A DNA stretch of 63,103 nucleotides, filler included, from Pirum gemmata (Eukaryota): the NCBI GenBank assembly GCA_002812295.1. It is 29 parts of 29 records of this genome, joined end to end, with 100 filler letters (N's around TTAATTAATTAA, not from the genome) between each part and the next. Parts side by side here need not be neighbours in the genome. Positions count along the whole stretch, not along the records: positions 1 to 1,913 come from PDIN01010325.1; positions 2,014 to 4,751 come from PDIN01010326.1; positions 4,852 to 6,764 come from PDIN01010327.1; positions 6,865 to 8,751 come from PDIN01010328.1; positions 8,852 to 10,731 come from PDIN01010329.1; positions 10,832 to 13,515 come from PDIN01010330.1; 23 more parts are not named here. The stretch is one strand, 5' to 3'. A model generated the notes under the pieces. That model worked only from the letters and a program-made list of their open reading frames with translations. It searched no databases and was not told the origin of the DNA. The number at the start of each line of letters is the position of its first letter. Position 1 is the stretch's first letter. The position numbers were made by a program, and so were the translations under genes. Positions 1 to 12,412 of the stretch are shown here, one piece after another.

Positions 1-388
1 TAATAGCAAAGACAACGAGTATTCAAAAGTAAAAAAAGTCATTTTCATTAATTTATTATAAAATTTAATATAATTTTAAAAAAAAAAATACATAAAATTT
101 AATAATAATATTTATTTAAAATATTTTATTATATTTTATAGTATTTTGTGTAATAATAATAATTATATTCCAATATTATGTAATAATTTATTTATTATTA
201 CATGATAATAAAATATGTATTAATATTATTTTGTATAATAATAAATATAAAATTAATAATAATAATAATATAATAATAAAAATTATATTCCAGTACTAGT
301 ATTATATAAATAATACGTTACCTGCCATAATACAATAATATTATACTAATTTAATGGTCATTGTCATAGCTATAACGTTCACCCAACC

Positions 389-1576
389 ATGAACAACTTT
401 ATCTTGTGTGTGTTTATTTCAACATTTGCACTATCATATTTAATAACCCTCACTGAAGCAGAAGGCTATTGCTTATTCCGAAAAAAAGCTAAACCTGACC
501 CTAAACCTAGAAAAATTTACCCACGTCAAAAACCAAAATTCGACCCTAGAACTGGTTATTTTGATTTAGACGAAAAACAAGAACCAAAAAGACAATGTTC
601 AGTTACAGAAATTCTTCGTAAAGTTGAAAAAACTATACTAAAAGAAAAAAAACTGGCTGGTGATGGGGGATGGGCTGGTATATACAAACCAACCACTATT
701 CCCAGCGAAAAGCGAATTATCAACACTGCTTGTGGGTTATTTTCTTACGACATGTTTTTTCATAATCATTCTTACTCACAAACCTTTGGTATAATGACTC
801 ATTTAGATACTGGACTAACAATAGTACAATCGCCTGGCACTGATAACAACGACAGAGATTCAGCCGCTAATTACAAAGTTGAACTCCAAAATTGCCATAC
901 GATTCCCGGTAAAATCCATACAGGATTCTGTGAAGAATTTACTCACGTTCTTGAAGTTTTGGAAAATACGTTATTTTTTATGAAACAGAATGAGTTGGTT
1001 GATAAGTTAATGTTTTTTGGACATAGCCAAGGTGCTGCTGTGGCAACCCTTCAAGCAGCCTATTTTGTCCACAAAGGGTATGAAGTACATGGGTTAGTTA
1101 CCCATGGTTCTCCAAGGGTTGGTGATAGCGGTTTAACTAACTTTTTGATGAACAAGGTTGCTTTTCTTAAAAGATACGTTGCCTTGTTTCGAGGAAGTTT
1201 GGTTCTAGATGTTTTTGTTCAGATTCCGCCAGCTAATGTTATGGTTGGGGGTTATTGTGTTTTTTTTTGTTATAACTATGAACATGTAGGTTATCCTACT
1301 TTCATACCCACTAATAGGTGTCATATGATGTCTGTGCATATGCAAACATTAAGACTCCTTGATTTTTATCGTGCTGATGAAGACCTGGATGCTTTATTGA
1401 ATTATGAAGTGGACCGTACTTCTAATACTTACGCCATTTTAGAAAGGAGTGTTTCTGTGTTGTCACTTAATGAAGAACCTGATGATTTTGCGGTTCCTGG
1501 CTTGTTTGATGAAGGGGAAGAGTTAATAAATAAAGTTAAAACGATAGAAGAGGGATATATATATAATAATAATTAA
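389..1576 (+). CDS. Secreted class-3 lipase (alpha/beta hydrolase), intronless
   Basis: Hydrophobic N-terminal signal. Motifs IHTGF, FFGHSQGAAVA (GxSxG), THGSPRVG, DVFVQIPP and YEHVG in Lipase_3 order. Confidence 0.9.
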   Translation: MNNFILCVFISTFALSYLITLTEAEGYCLFRKKAKPDPKPRKIYPRQKPKFDPRTGYFDLDEKQEPKRQCSVTEILRKVEKTILKEKKLAGDGGWAGIYKPTTIPSEKRIINTACGLFSYDMFFHNHSYSQTFGIMTHLDTGLTIVQSPGTDNNDRDSAANYKVELQNCHTIPGKIHTGFCEEFTHVLEVLENTLFFMKQNELVDKLMFFGHSQGAAVATLQAAYFVHKGYEVHGLVTHGSPRVGDSGLTNFLMNKVAFLKRYVALFRGSLVLDVFVQIPPANVMVGGYCVFFCYNYEHVGYPTFIPTNRCHMMSVHMQTLRLLDFYRADEDLDALLNYEVDRTSNTYAILERSVSVLSLNEEPDDFAVPGLFDEGEELINKVKTIEEGYIYNNN

Positions 1577-1644
1577 TAGTATTAATAAATAATAATAATA
1601 ATAATAGTAACAATAATAATATGAGAAGGAAAAGTGAGACGTGA

Positions 1645-1842
1645 GCTACGGGAAAACATAATCGAATCAAACAGCTCGATCCTATTTATTAAATAATGAC
1701 AGTTTTGAAATAATGTTTTTTTTTTTTTTTTTTTGTTTTTTGAGTTCGAAGTTTTTTCTATGAAATCAAAAGTGAGTTGATACTTAAAATTAGATCGAAA
1801 AAATTTCGAAAGTTTCGAACTAGTCTCGATTCGATGGTTTTA
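1645..1842. mobile_element. MITE family A, degenerate copy
   Basis: Matches the interior of the copies at 21271-21500, 27869-28098 and 35555-35770 (GGGAAAACATAATCGAATCAAACAGCTCGATCC...CTAGTCTCGATTCGATGG). Confidence 0.8.
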
Positions 1843-1913
1843 TATATTATCTTCAACTCGATATCATTAGAAAGAGAAGTCGATCAGCCCTTCTTCAATA
1901 AAGACACATTATT

Positions 1914-2013
1914 NNNNNNNNNNNNNNNNNNNNNNNNNNNNNNNNNNNNNNNNNNNNTTAATTAATTAANNNNNNNNNNNNNNNNNNNNNNNNNNNNNNN
2001 NNNNNNNNNNNNN
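1914..2013. other. Artificial contig linker N44-TTAATTAATTAA-N44 (first of 28)
   Basis: Identical 100-nt spacer with stops in all six frames, starting at 1914, 4752, 6765, 8752, 10732, 13516, 15512, 18804, 20792, 23425, 25438, 28608, 30599, 32596, 34582, 36562, 38547, 41551, 43510, 45521, 47504, 49515, 51498, 53472, 55458, 57438, 59449, 61139. Most flanks end in simple repeats. Confidence 0.97.
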
Positions 2014-2055
2014 AACCTTTTTGTTGACAGCTAATTATATTAATACATTAATACC

Positions 2056-3105
2056 ATGAGTAATATTAACGTTCCTAAAAAATTAACAGTTGGTAAAACA
2101 GTGTGGGAGTGTGGGTACCATGGACAAGTGTTAATCCATGGCATGCTGAGCGTTGTTTTGGCAAAGATGCTAAAAATCAATTTTGTGAAGGTATTATATA
2201 ATTGAAGAAACTTATTTCAAACAAAAAGATAAGGGAAAGAAACAGTGGTATGCTAAAGTAAGGCTTTCATCTTACGAGAACAAGATTAAAGAGTTTCATA
2301 CCAAAATGATTAAAGAAACAAATCCATCAGCAATAACAACACAAGCATCATCATCAACAACATTAACATTAGCAACAGCATCACCATCGCAGTCAATAGC
2401 ATCAACATCAACATCAACACCAACACCAACATCAACACCAACACCAACACCAACACCAACACCAACACCAACACCACCAAACCAACACCAACACCAACAC
2501 CAACACCACCAACAACAACAACACCANNNNNNNNNNNNNNNNNNNNNNNNNNNNNNNNNNNNNNNNNNNNNNNNNNNNNNNNNNNNNNNNNNNNNNNNNN
2601 NNNNNNNNNCATCATTAACTACGAACTGGGTTGAAGGTGAAATCACAGAAGATGCTAAACAAAGCAGATCACCATATCCAGATTGGGCTGTTAGTGGTTG
2701 TGGATTAAACTTTAAACATGGTATGAATGAAGAATATAATAAAATTACGTACTTTTAAACTATGGTCCCTATATCTTATTTACCAACTATAGTTGATTTA
2801 ACAAACACAAAGTTAAAAAAGGTACCATAATTTTAGAGAAACGACAGGTGGAGAGGTATTAAAATGGTTTGGAATAGTTTTACTAATGACATTTGTAGAA
2901 TATGCAGCTATTATATTATGCTAGCCGTAGAGATCTTTGGAAGGAAGTTCAAGATGATGATGACTTATTGCCACCACCACAGTTTTCAAGATCCATGCAT
3001 ATGGCAGTTAGAAGATTTGAAGAACTACGACGCTGTTTGACAGTTAGTAAGCAACGTGATCGTAGTGAACTCAATGGCTCTGAGGAGTACACTAAAATAA
3101 AGTAA
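2056..3105 (+). pseudogene. Decayed piggyBac-like (DDE_Tnp_1_7-type) transposase N-terminal fragment
   Basis: Joining frames gives YF*TMVPISYLPTIVDLTN / ETTGGEVLKWFGIVLLMTFVEY / ASRRDLW...LLPPPQFSRSMHMAVRRFEELRRCL, which resembles PGBD-type transposases. It has an in-frame stop and two frameshifts, and no DDD core follows. Confidence 0.75.
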
Positions 3106-4070
3106 AAAATTCCAAAAAAAACATTGCCCAATGAAATTGAGATATTAGGAGCTATATTAGGTCTTGATTCTTGAATCTCTTGATGTAAGAGATAATTAGT
3201 ATCATACGATTTTCCACCTTTTTATCAAGACCTTCCCTTCTACACTACACTGTCTACAGAAGTTCTGCTATTCATATCTAGTAACGGGGCCGCGAAAAAA
3301 CCATCTCCGCAAACCCCGCAAGAATTGGAATGAAAGGTGAAGATCTACAAACCGAACACCCCTACTGAAAACACTACAATAGTAGTACAATAATACTACT
3401 ACAATTAGCTAACTACAATGTCATTCTAAAACACTTTTTTAAAATACATTCTTTAGAAAACACTATTATGTTAGTATTATGTTCTATTCTTTAGAAAACA
3501 CTATGATACAATTCTAAAACATTACATTACACTCCTCAACACATCTTTTTTTTTTCTTTTTTTTTTTTATGATATTTCTAGATGATTTGTTGAATGTGTA
3601 CATATAATATGAAGTCTTTTATATGATATAACTATATACATGTATTTATTAAAGTCATGTATACATGTATAACTCATGTATAGCATATATATTATGATAT
3701 CGATAGTATCATTTATCAATATATATATAGAGTTTATGGGTATGTATGCAGTATGTATGCGCAGTATATTGGAGGTCGAAGGCCGACCCGACATACTCCG
3801 AACGACGCCGAAGGTGCCGGTAATAATAGTAGATATGTTTATAAATAATTAATATTGTTTAGTAAAGTAACTACAGTAAAGTATTAGACTAAAGTAACTT
3901 TTAAAAAATNNNNNNNNNNNNNNNNNNNNNNNNNNNNNNNNNNNNNNNNNNNNNNNNNNNNNNNNNNNNNNNNNNNNNNNNNNNNNNNNNNNNNNNNNNN
4001 NNNNNNNNNNNNNNNNNNNNNNNNNNNNNNNNNNNNNNNNNNNNNNNNNNNNNNNNNNNNNNNNNNNNNN

Positions 4071-4180
4071 TCAAATACAGCTTCAAATACCCCTATCTAC
4101 CTACCTCTCGACGTTAATTTCCAGTCAAATACCACCTACTTACCCACCCCTTGACGTGACGTATTATATGAACGCTCCCT
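4071..4180. mobile_element. MITE family C, partial copy (another at about 4443-4550)
   Basis: Reverse complement of the 19487-19618 element. Ends TGAACGCTCCC-TTA. Confidence 0.8.
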
Positions 4181-4193
4181 TAAACAATATTAA

Positions 4194-4415
4194 AGCCTCT
4201 CCCAATTCCGCTCGAGCCCGAAAACTCGAATTTCTGCTGTCGAAAAAAAAGCAGAAATTCAGCCCTGTTCGAAAATTATTTTTTCCATTTTTTCGGGTTT
4301 AATATTAAATAAATATACTTGAATACTTAACTGTTAGCTTAAAATTTTCGAATTAATTTATAAGCTCGAATACTCAATATTTTTTTTAAAAAACAAAGCA
4401 GAATTGGGAGAAGCC
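4194..4415. mobile_element. MITE family B (PIF/Harbinger-Tourist-like)
   Basis: Imperfect TIRs AGCCTCTCCCAATTCCGCT / AGCAGAATTGGGAGAAGCC flanked by TAA on both sides. Other copies at about 17771-17939 and 35116-35316. Confidence 0.8.
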
Positions 4416-5069
4416 TAATATGTATGTAGTAAGACAAATATTAATACAGCTTCAAATACCCCTACCTACCTACCCCTCGACGTTGTTAATTTCCGTTAAA
4501 ATACCACCTACCTACCTACCCCTTGACGCGACGTATTATTTGAAGATCCCATGTGATATAAATCTGCCAAATTGGGTGCCAATCTCATTAAAACTAAATT
4601 TGGTAATTTTTTGCTTTTTTTACTTTGGTTAGTATGGCTACCCCACCCTGCGGCAGGCATATTTATTATGATTTTTTTTTTAAAAAAAGTGATTACACAG
4701 ATGTATGTTTCCTACCTCCTTGTTTTTTTTTTAAAATAATATAATTATAATNNNNNNNNNNNNNNNNNNNNNNNNNNNNNNNNNNNNNNNNNNNNTTAAT
4801 TAATTAANNNNNNNNNNNNNNNNNNNNNNNNNNNNNNNNNNNNNNNNNNNNCTAACTCCACAAGTTCCGCTGCTTTGGAAAACAGTACCAGTAAATAGAA
4901 ACTTCTTGTAGTTGTTATAATATAATAAATTCGCCAAAAAAAAAAGGAAAAAAATAATATAAAAGCCAAATAAAAGTGAAGAAAAAAAAAAAAATACTAA
5001 AATATCATTTTTACCACACTTTACGCACCCAATACAAACCTCTAATTAATCACTTGTTATTTTAAAAAT

Positions 5070-6527
5070 ATGAAATTTGATGCTCTTGCTCTAATCGCCG
5101 TCTGTGTCTGCCTTTCAGAAACCGAGGCAAAAAGTACTAATGGAGTAAAGAAAGGATGGAAAAAAAATGGGAAGTTCCAAAATCCGGGTAAAAAAAATGG
5201 TCACTCAAAGAACTGGAAATCACATATTCATGCTTCCAAACCTAAGATCGGCCAGTTTACTGTTGATAATACCAATAGATGCGGTGCTAGCTGGACTGAT
5301 GCCAATCAATGCGGGAAGCAAACTTGTGAAAATGGAACTGACGCCGAGTGTACAGCTCCTAATGAAACATGCTTTGGGGGTATGGCTGTTAGCGGATGTG
5401 ACACTACACTACCAACAGGAGAAAACAACAAACGGTGTGGTACGAATTGGGGAGAAGCAAATGGCAGTTGCAGCGCAACACCTTGTCCAGGTGGCACTAA
5501 CGAAGAATGTGGTAATGGCGAAACTTGTTATGCTGATTTAGCTGTATGTGATACAACACCACCTGTAACAGGAGGAGACAACACCAAACGGTGTGGATCA
5601 ACTTGGGGAGAGGCAAATGGCAGTTGCAGCGCAACACCTTGTCCAAATGGCACTGACGAAGAATGTGGTAATGGCGAATCTTGTTATGCTGATTTAGCTG
5701 TATGTGATACAACACCACCTATAACAGGAGGAAGCAACACCAAACGGTGTGGTACGAGTTGGGGAGAGGCAAATGGCAGTTGCAGCGCAACACCTTGTCC
5801 AAATGGCGCTGACGAAGAATGTGGTAATGGCGAATCTTGTTATGCTGATTTAGCTGAATGTGACACCACTACGCCTCCTGGACAACTAGCTCCTATTTAT
5901 GACCGTTGTGTTAATCCAAATCACTTTGCTTTGACTTTTGATGATGGACCAACTGCACCAACCCAAGCTTTGTTAGACATTTTAGCTGAAAAGCAAGTAC
6001 CAGCTACATTTTTTGTTTGTGGTGTTAATCTAGCTGAAGGACAAACAGGGTCCATTAACAGTTTAATAAGAATGAAAAATGATGGTCATCAAATTGCTTC
6101 CCATACATATAATCATCCAGATTTAGCTACAGTATCAATTTCACAGGTCACCAGTGAAATGGTAGATACTCATAATAGAATTAAAGCTGTTTTAAATTCT
6201 CCAGAACTCGTCACTTACATGAGACCACCTTACGGTTCATATAATAATGCAGTCAGAGAAAAATTAGGGGAACTAAACTATAAAATTATTATGTGGAGTT
6301 GGGATTCGTTGGATTGGCAAAAATCCAACAGTCAAGAAATTATTGATGCATACACTAGTTGGATTGGTACTCCAGACTACAATAATGTAGGTCATAATAC
6401 TTTACAACACGATATTCATCAAAAGACCGTTGGTGCCATGGCTGCTGTAATTGATGCAGTTTTAGCTAGTGGCAAAACTTTTGTTAGAGTTGATGAATGC
6501 TTAGGATTGGCTCGTGATAATATCTAA
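5070..6527 (+). CDS. Secreted chitin/polysaccharide deacetylase (CE4/NodB) with four N-terminal Cys-rich repeats
   Basis: Signal peptide. Four CGxxWxxA...C...C..G...EC....E.C repeats. CE4 motifs ALTFDDGP, HTYNHPDL, MRPPYG, DSLDW and LQHD. Intronless. Confidence 0.95.
   Translation: MKFDALALIAVCVCLSETEAKSTNGVKKGWKKNGKFQNPGKKNGHSKNWKSHIHASKPKIGQFTVDNTNRCGASWTDANQCGKQTCENGTDAECTAPNETCFGGMAVSGCDTTLPTGENNKRCGTNWGEANGSCSATPCPGGTNEECGNGETCYADLAVCDTTPPVTGGDNTKRCGSTWGEANGSCSATPCPNGTDEECGNGESCYADLAVCDTTPPITGGSNTKRCGTSWGEANGSCSATPCPNGADEECGNGESCYADLAECDTTTPPGQLAPIYDRCVNPNHFALTFDDGPTAPTQALLDILAEKQVPATFFVCGVNLAEGQTGSINSLIRMKNDGHQIASHTYNHPDLATVSISQVTSEMVDTHNRIKAVLNSPELVTYMRPPYGSYNNAVREKLGELNYKIIMWSWDSLDWQKSNSQEIIDAYTSWIGTPDYNNVGHNTLQHDIHQKTVGAMAAVIDAVLASGKTFVRVDECLGLARDNI
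5425..5865 (+). repeat. 156-bp coding tandem repeat, about 3 near-identical copies (52 aa each)
   Basis: CGGTGTGG recurs at 5433, 5589 and 5745, followed by near-identical sequence. Confidence 0.95.
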
Positions 6528-7224
6528 GTTATCAGTATTATTATATTAATAATTAATAAATTTTAATTAATAAATTTTAATTATTAATACTTTTTAGCGT
6601 ATGTTCGTATTTTTCAAGTATTACATTATTACACTTTATTACCCTAACCCTAATCCTCCCTAACCCTAACTAATCAGAGCAATAATATTTGTAATCTTAT
6701 TAATTATGCACCCCAATTATAAATATATCTCAGATGATAATAATAATAATAATAATAATATTAANNNNNNNNNNNNNNNNNNNNNNNNNNNNNNNNNNNN
6801 NNNNNNNNTTAATTAATTAANNNNNNNNNNNNNNNNNNNNNNNNNNNNNNNNNNNNNNNNNNNNATAATAATAATAATAATAATAATAACTTTTATACAC
6901 AATACTATCATAAGTATTTTTATAATAATATAACATAATAATTATGATATTATAATAAAGTAGACAGACACTAAGAGTAGACTATGTAGAAATGCTTTCT
7001 ACTAAAGGTAGAAACAACTCCTCTGTTACTTAGCTATGTCATTAGACTATCATCTAGATTCTAGACTGCGATTTCAGAATTTCAGATACCTACTATAGTC
7101 TATCAGATAGCTATTATCATACGATATTTTACTATCTGGACACTGGCTAGTCTACTGGCAGCAGCGATAGTCTGACAAGGTACACTCAAGAGGTACACTC
7201 AAGGTCAGCACTCAAGGTATCTTG

Positions 7225-7380
7225 TTGTCCAGTTCAAAAACTGAAATAAACATACCAAATTATTATTATGGCAGGCATGTATTAAATAATTTGGTATTTT
7301 ATATTTAATATTATATTTTTTAAACAAGCTCAATTATACACTTAAACAGTACCAGATTAAAGATTGAGAGGACTGACGAC
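7225..7380. mobile_element. MITE family D copy
   Basis: GTCCAGTTCAAAAACTGAAATAAAC...AAGATTGAGAGGAC is shared with 14718-14895, 33303-33486, 44377-44557 and 53743-53922. Confidence 0.8.
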
Positions 7381-7479
7381 ACTCAAACCAGGTGGTTATT
7401 AAAAGTACTCAAATGAGTACTCAATATAATGACGTCATTTTGCGTAATTTTTTTTTTTTTACATACCGGTATGTAACAG

Positions 7480-7660
7480 CCAAAAACCTTAAATGCTAAC
7501 TATCCAAATTATTTTTAAAAACTAGCCATTGGTTTAGAATACAGTTATATTAGTTAGACTATTTTACAAATTTTGGTAGTACTTTCATTAAAATTGGAAT
7601 ATTTTGAGATTGTTTAGATTTTTGAGCTCATAGTCTATGGCGGATGTCACCATTTTTTTT
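7480..7660. mobile_element. MITE family F, partial copy
   Basis: Shares CCAAATTATTTTTAA...TTTGGTAGTACTTTCATT...GAGCTCATA..TGGCGGATG with 19620-19740, 44675-44903, 55204-55400 and 60100-60278. Confidence 0.75.
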
Positions 7661-7849
7661 CATGCTTGGTAGACCTAGCTAGGTAGTAGTCTATCTATTA
7701 TCATAGTCAGTCTTGTATACGGGTCTATCATTAAAATTAATATAATAAAAAAAAAAAATAAAAAAAAATTATTCCTCTTTCCCTTCTTCTTCTCCTTTTC
7801 CTTCTCCTTCTCTTTTCCCTTTCTCTTTCTCTTTCTCTTTCTCTTTTCC

Positions 7850-8565
7850 GAACCGTAACTCTAACCTTAACCCTAATCCTAACCCTAACCCTAATCCTAA
7901 TCCTAATCCTAATACTAGCCTTAAGCTTAATTCTAAATTAACTATTCTAATCCCAATCCTAGAGCTAACCATAACCATAACCATAACCATAACCTGTTCC
8001 TCTTGTTTATCCTCTTTGTTTTCCTTGACCCTATAGCTAACTCTAACAAATCTAAACCGTAACGTAATATAACAGGCCCCACAGTTCCTAACCTTAATTA
8101 ACAACCTCCAACCTAAACAACCCTCGCTAATTCTAACTGTCCTTACCCTAACCCTAACCATAACTAATAACCTTAAACATAACTAATAACTCTAACAGTC
8201 CTTTTAACCCTAACCTTAACCTTAACCTTAACCCTAACCCTAACCTTAACCTTAACCCTAACCCTAACCCTAACCCTAACCCTAACCCTAACCATAACCA
8301 TAACCCTAACCTCTTCCTCTTCGAATTCCTTTTCCTTGGCCCTAACTCTAATCAATCCAAACCGTTACCATAACCGTAACAGTTCCTAACAGTTCCTAAC
8401 CCCTAATCCCTATATATCATATGCCAACCCTGATCCTAATCTTTAAAATAGATTATAACCCCAACACGACTCTAATCCTAACCTTACTCGTAATCCCAAC
8501 CCTAATCTAAATCCTTATCCTAATCTTAGTCCTGATGCTAAACCTAAACATAATCCTGATCCTAA
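7850..8565. repeat. Degenerate interstitial (CCCTAA)n telomeric-type array
   Basis: Many TAACCC/TAACCT/TAATCC hexamers. Similar arrays at 8852-9020, 9241-9530, 10224-10548, 14455-14605, 15250-15483, 42449-42521 and 59827-60098. Confidence 0.9.
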
Positions 8566-9041
8566 TATCATACTTATGACTTCTTACGTATACGTATATA
8601 TTAATTTATTATACTGTGACCATTCAGTGTGACCATTACTATTTTACTGTTCGAAGATTCCAATCTATTTGTGCTATAAGCCTGGAACGTATTTGTATTG
8701 GTTCTTATTTATTATTATTATTAATATTACTATTATTATTATTATTATTATNNNNNNNNNNNNNNNNNNNNNNNNNNNNNNNNNNNNNNNNNNNNTTAAT
8801 TAATTAANNNNNNNNNNNNNNNNNNNNNNNNNNNNNNNNNNNNNNNNNNNNAACCCTAACCCTAACCCTAACCCTAACCCTAATCTAGGCCTAAGTCCAA
8901 GCCTGACTCGAGCCCCAAACCTTAAACCTAACCCTAACCCCAAACCTTAACCCTAATCCCTAACCCTAACCCCAAACACTAACCCTAAAGCTAACCCTAA
9001 ACGCTAACGCTAACCCTGACCTTGATTGTCAATGTGATTAG

Positions 9042-9494
9042 GGATAAGAAAGAATTTGAATGGCATTGGTTACATTTTATTTGGATGAATGTGATTACAG
9101 ATATCCCTGTTATGGCGATGATTCATTTTTATATTAACAGCTGGCAAGGAAAGTTACTGCTTCATATGTTTATGGTGTGTCATCACGTATACCTAGGATA
9201 CACTTTTTCCAGTAATCCTGCAGAAACAGGTTATTCATATCTAACCCTAATCCTAACCCTACCCATGAACCCTAACCCTATCCCAACCGTGAACCCTTAC
9301 CCTTACCCTAACCCTGAACCCTAACCCTAACCCTAACCCTAACCCTAACCCTAACCCTAACATTAACCCTAACCCTAACTCTAACCCTAACTCTAACCCG
9401 TTGTTCATACCTAACTCTAACCCTGACCCTAACCCTGAACCCTAACACTTAGCCTTAACACTAACCTTTAACCCCGCCCCTATCCAGAATTCTA

Positions 9495-9530
<36 letters not shown>

Positions 9531-10649
9531 ATTCATTATGTTAAAGATGTTTTGTTGCATTGTTACATATTATTTTAATAATCTTTATTTTGCAAAGTCT
9601 AACAACCACAACAACGTACGGATATTTGCTCTAATACCTATATACTGTCATAAAATGAATTCCTCTTTAGATATTACGTATGTCTTGTAAAGAGAACAAA
9701 CTAGAAGATAATATAAGGACTTAAACTAATATTAACCCTAACCCTAACCCATTTGTAATCCCTAACCTACCGTACCCAAACAATTTTTTACTCGAAACTT
9801 AGCCCTAATGCTAACCCTAACCTTAACGCTAACACTAACGCTAAACCTAACGCTAACGCTAACCCTGACCCTAACCGTGACCCTAATGCTAACCTTAAAC
9901 CTAATCCTAACCTTCGCCCCAACACTAACTGTTCAATAACTAGCCCTAACCTTCGCCCAAACACTTAACCATTCAATCAGTATGACTAACTCTTCCTATA
10001 CTATTTAGGTTCCCGTGCTGCCAAAGATCTCTCTCCAGCCATGTTTGATATCATGGCTAAATATTTTAATGGTAAAATCATTAGAACTGTGGAATTAGAT
10101 TCTGATGAGCAATATTTAATGGGATTTCATCCACATGCAGTTATTCCCATTTCAGTTTTGTGGATGTATAGATCTTCAGAATGGGTTAAATTATTTCCAG
10201 GTACTACTGTAAACCCATGTTCACCTAACCCTAACCCTAACCCCACACCCCTAACCCTAACCCTAACCCTAACCCTACACCCCTAACCCTACACCCTAAC
10301 CCTAACCCTAACCCTGCACCCCTAACCCTAACCCTAACCCTACACCCCTAACCCTAACCCAAACTCTAACCTCAACTCTAACCCTAACCCTAACCCTAAC
10401 CCTAACCCTAACCCTAAACCTGACCCTAACCCTAACCCTAACCCTAACATTAACCATAACATTAACCTTAACCCTAATCCCAACTCTAACCGTAACCGTA
10501 ACCTTAACCCTAACCCTAACCCCAACTCTAATTCTAACCCTAACCCTAAAACAGGTATTACTGTAAACCCATGTTCAGCTAGTATCGTTCACTCTGTACC
10601 TGGTATGCGTGATGTCATGCAATATTTTGGTGCTCGTGAAGTAACGAAG
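9042..10649 (+). CDS. DGAT2/MOGAT-family acyltransferase, internal exons (partial)
   Basis: GT-AG exons 9042-9229, 10009-10200 and 10555-10649 splice in frame: ...[12 protein letters not shown]...[35 protein letters not shown] (HPHG-like motif). Confidence 0.85.
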
Positions 10650-10869
10650 GTAATTTAAACTATAACAGTACCGGTCTCAGTTCCTATGGCTGTAATCATA
10701 ACAGAGTAATAATAATAATAATAATAATAATNNNNNNNNNNNNNNNNNNNNNNNNNNNNNNNNNNNNNNNNNNNNTTAATTAATTAANNNNNNNNNNNNN
10801 NNNNNNNNNNNNNNNNNNNNNNNNNNNNNNNTACTACTACTACTACTACTACTACTACTAGTTGCTACT

Positions 10870-10904
<35 letters not shown>

Positions 10905-11109
10905 TATTATAAAATATTATAAAAAAATAAACAATAAAAATACTACTGCTATCATATATTATAAAAAAATAAACAATAAAAAATAAGCAATAAAAAATAA
11001 AAACTTACTTAAGTTACGAGCGGGCGGCAGCCTGGGCCCTGGGGGAGGGATGAAAAAAATGAAATGATCTATCATTTCACTACCTTATTTCGTAGCTTTT
11101 TAAAACTAT

Positions 11110-11140
<31 letters not shown>

Positions 11141-11530
11141 TATTACCATTATTATTATCCTTATTATCATTATTATTATCATTATTATTATCATTATCAT
11201 TATCATTATTATTATCATTATTATTATCATTATTATAAACAAAGACTTCAAAAGTTGAAATCCTTGAAAAAAAAATTACTTTAGATTAATATTGTTGTTT
11301 TGAGTTTATTTATAAAAAGTAAACAGGGCTCTCACCCTCTCTTTTCACAATCCCACGTCCTATTGTGGTGATTATTCTATTCTAGTTTTTTCTAATTTTT
11401 TAACATAATTATTTATTATCATGGTGCCAACTACTGTACCAAAATGTCGTATGCCGTTCTAAATATATTTCATACATTTTGTAAATAACCTACGAACAGC
11501 TTCAGACTTCAGACTTCAGACTATTTCTAC

Positions 11531-12412
<882 letters not shown>

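Noticed and set aside
1958..1969. TTAATTAATTAA recurring about every 2 kb, resembling a regular array or CRISPR-like repeat
   Set aside because: Always centred in 88 Ns. It is an artificial six-frame-stop linker.
389..6527. Apparent cluster of secreted hydrolases (lipase and chitin deacetylase)
   Set aside because: They are on different contigs separated by linkers, so adjacency is arbitrary.
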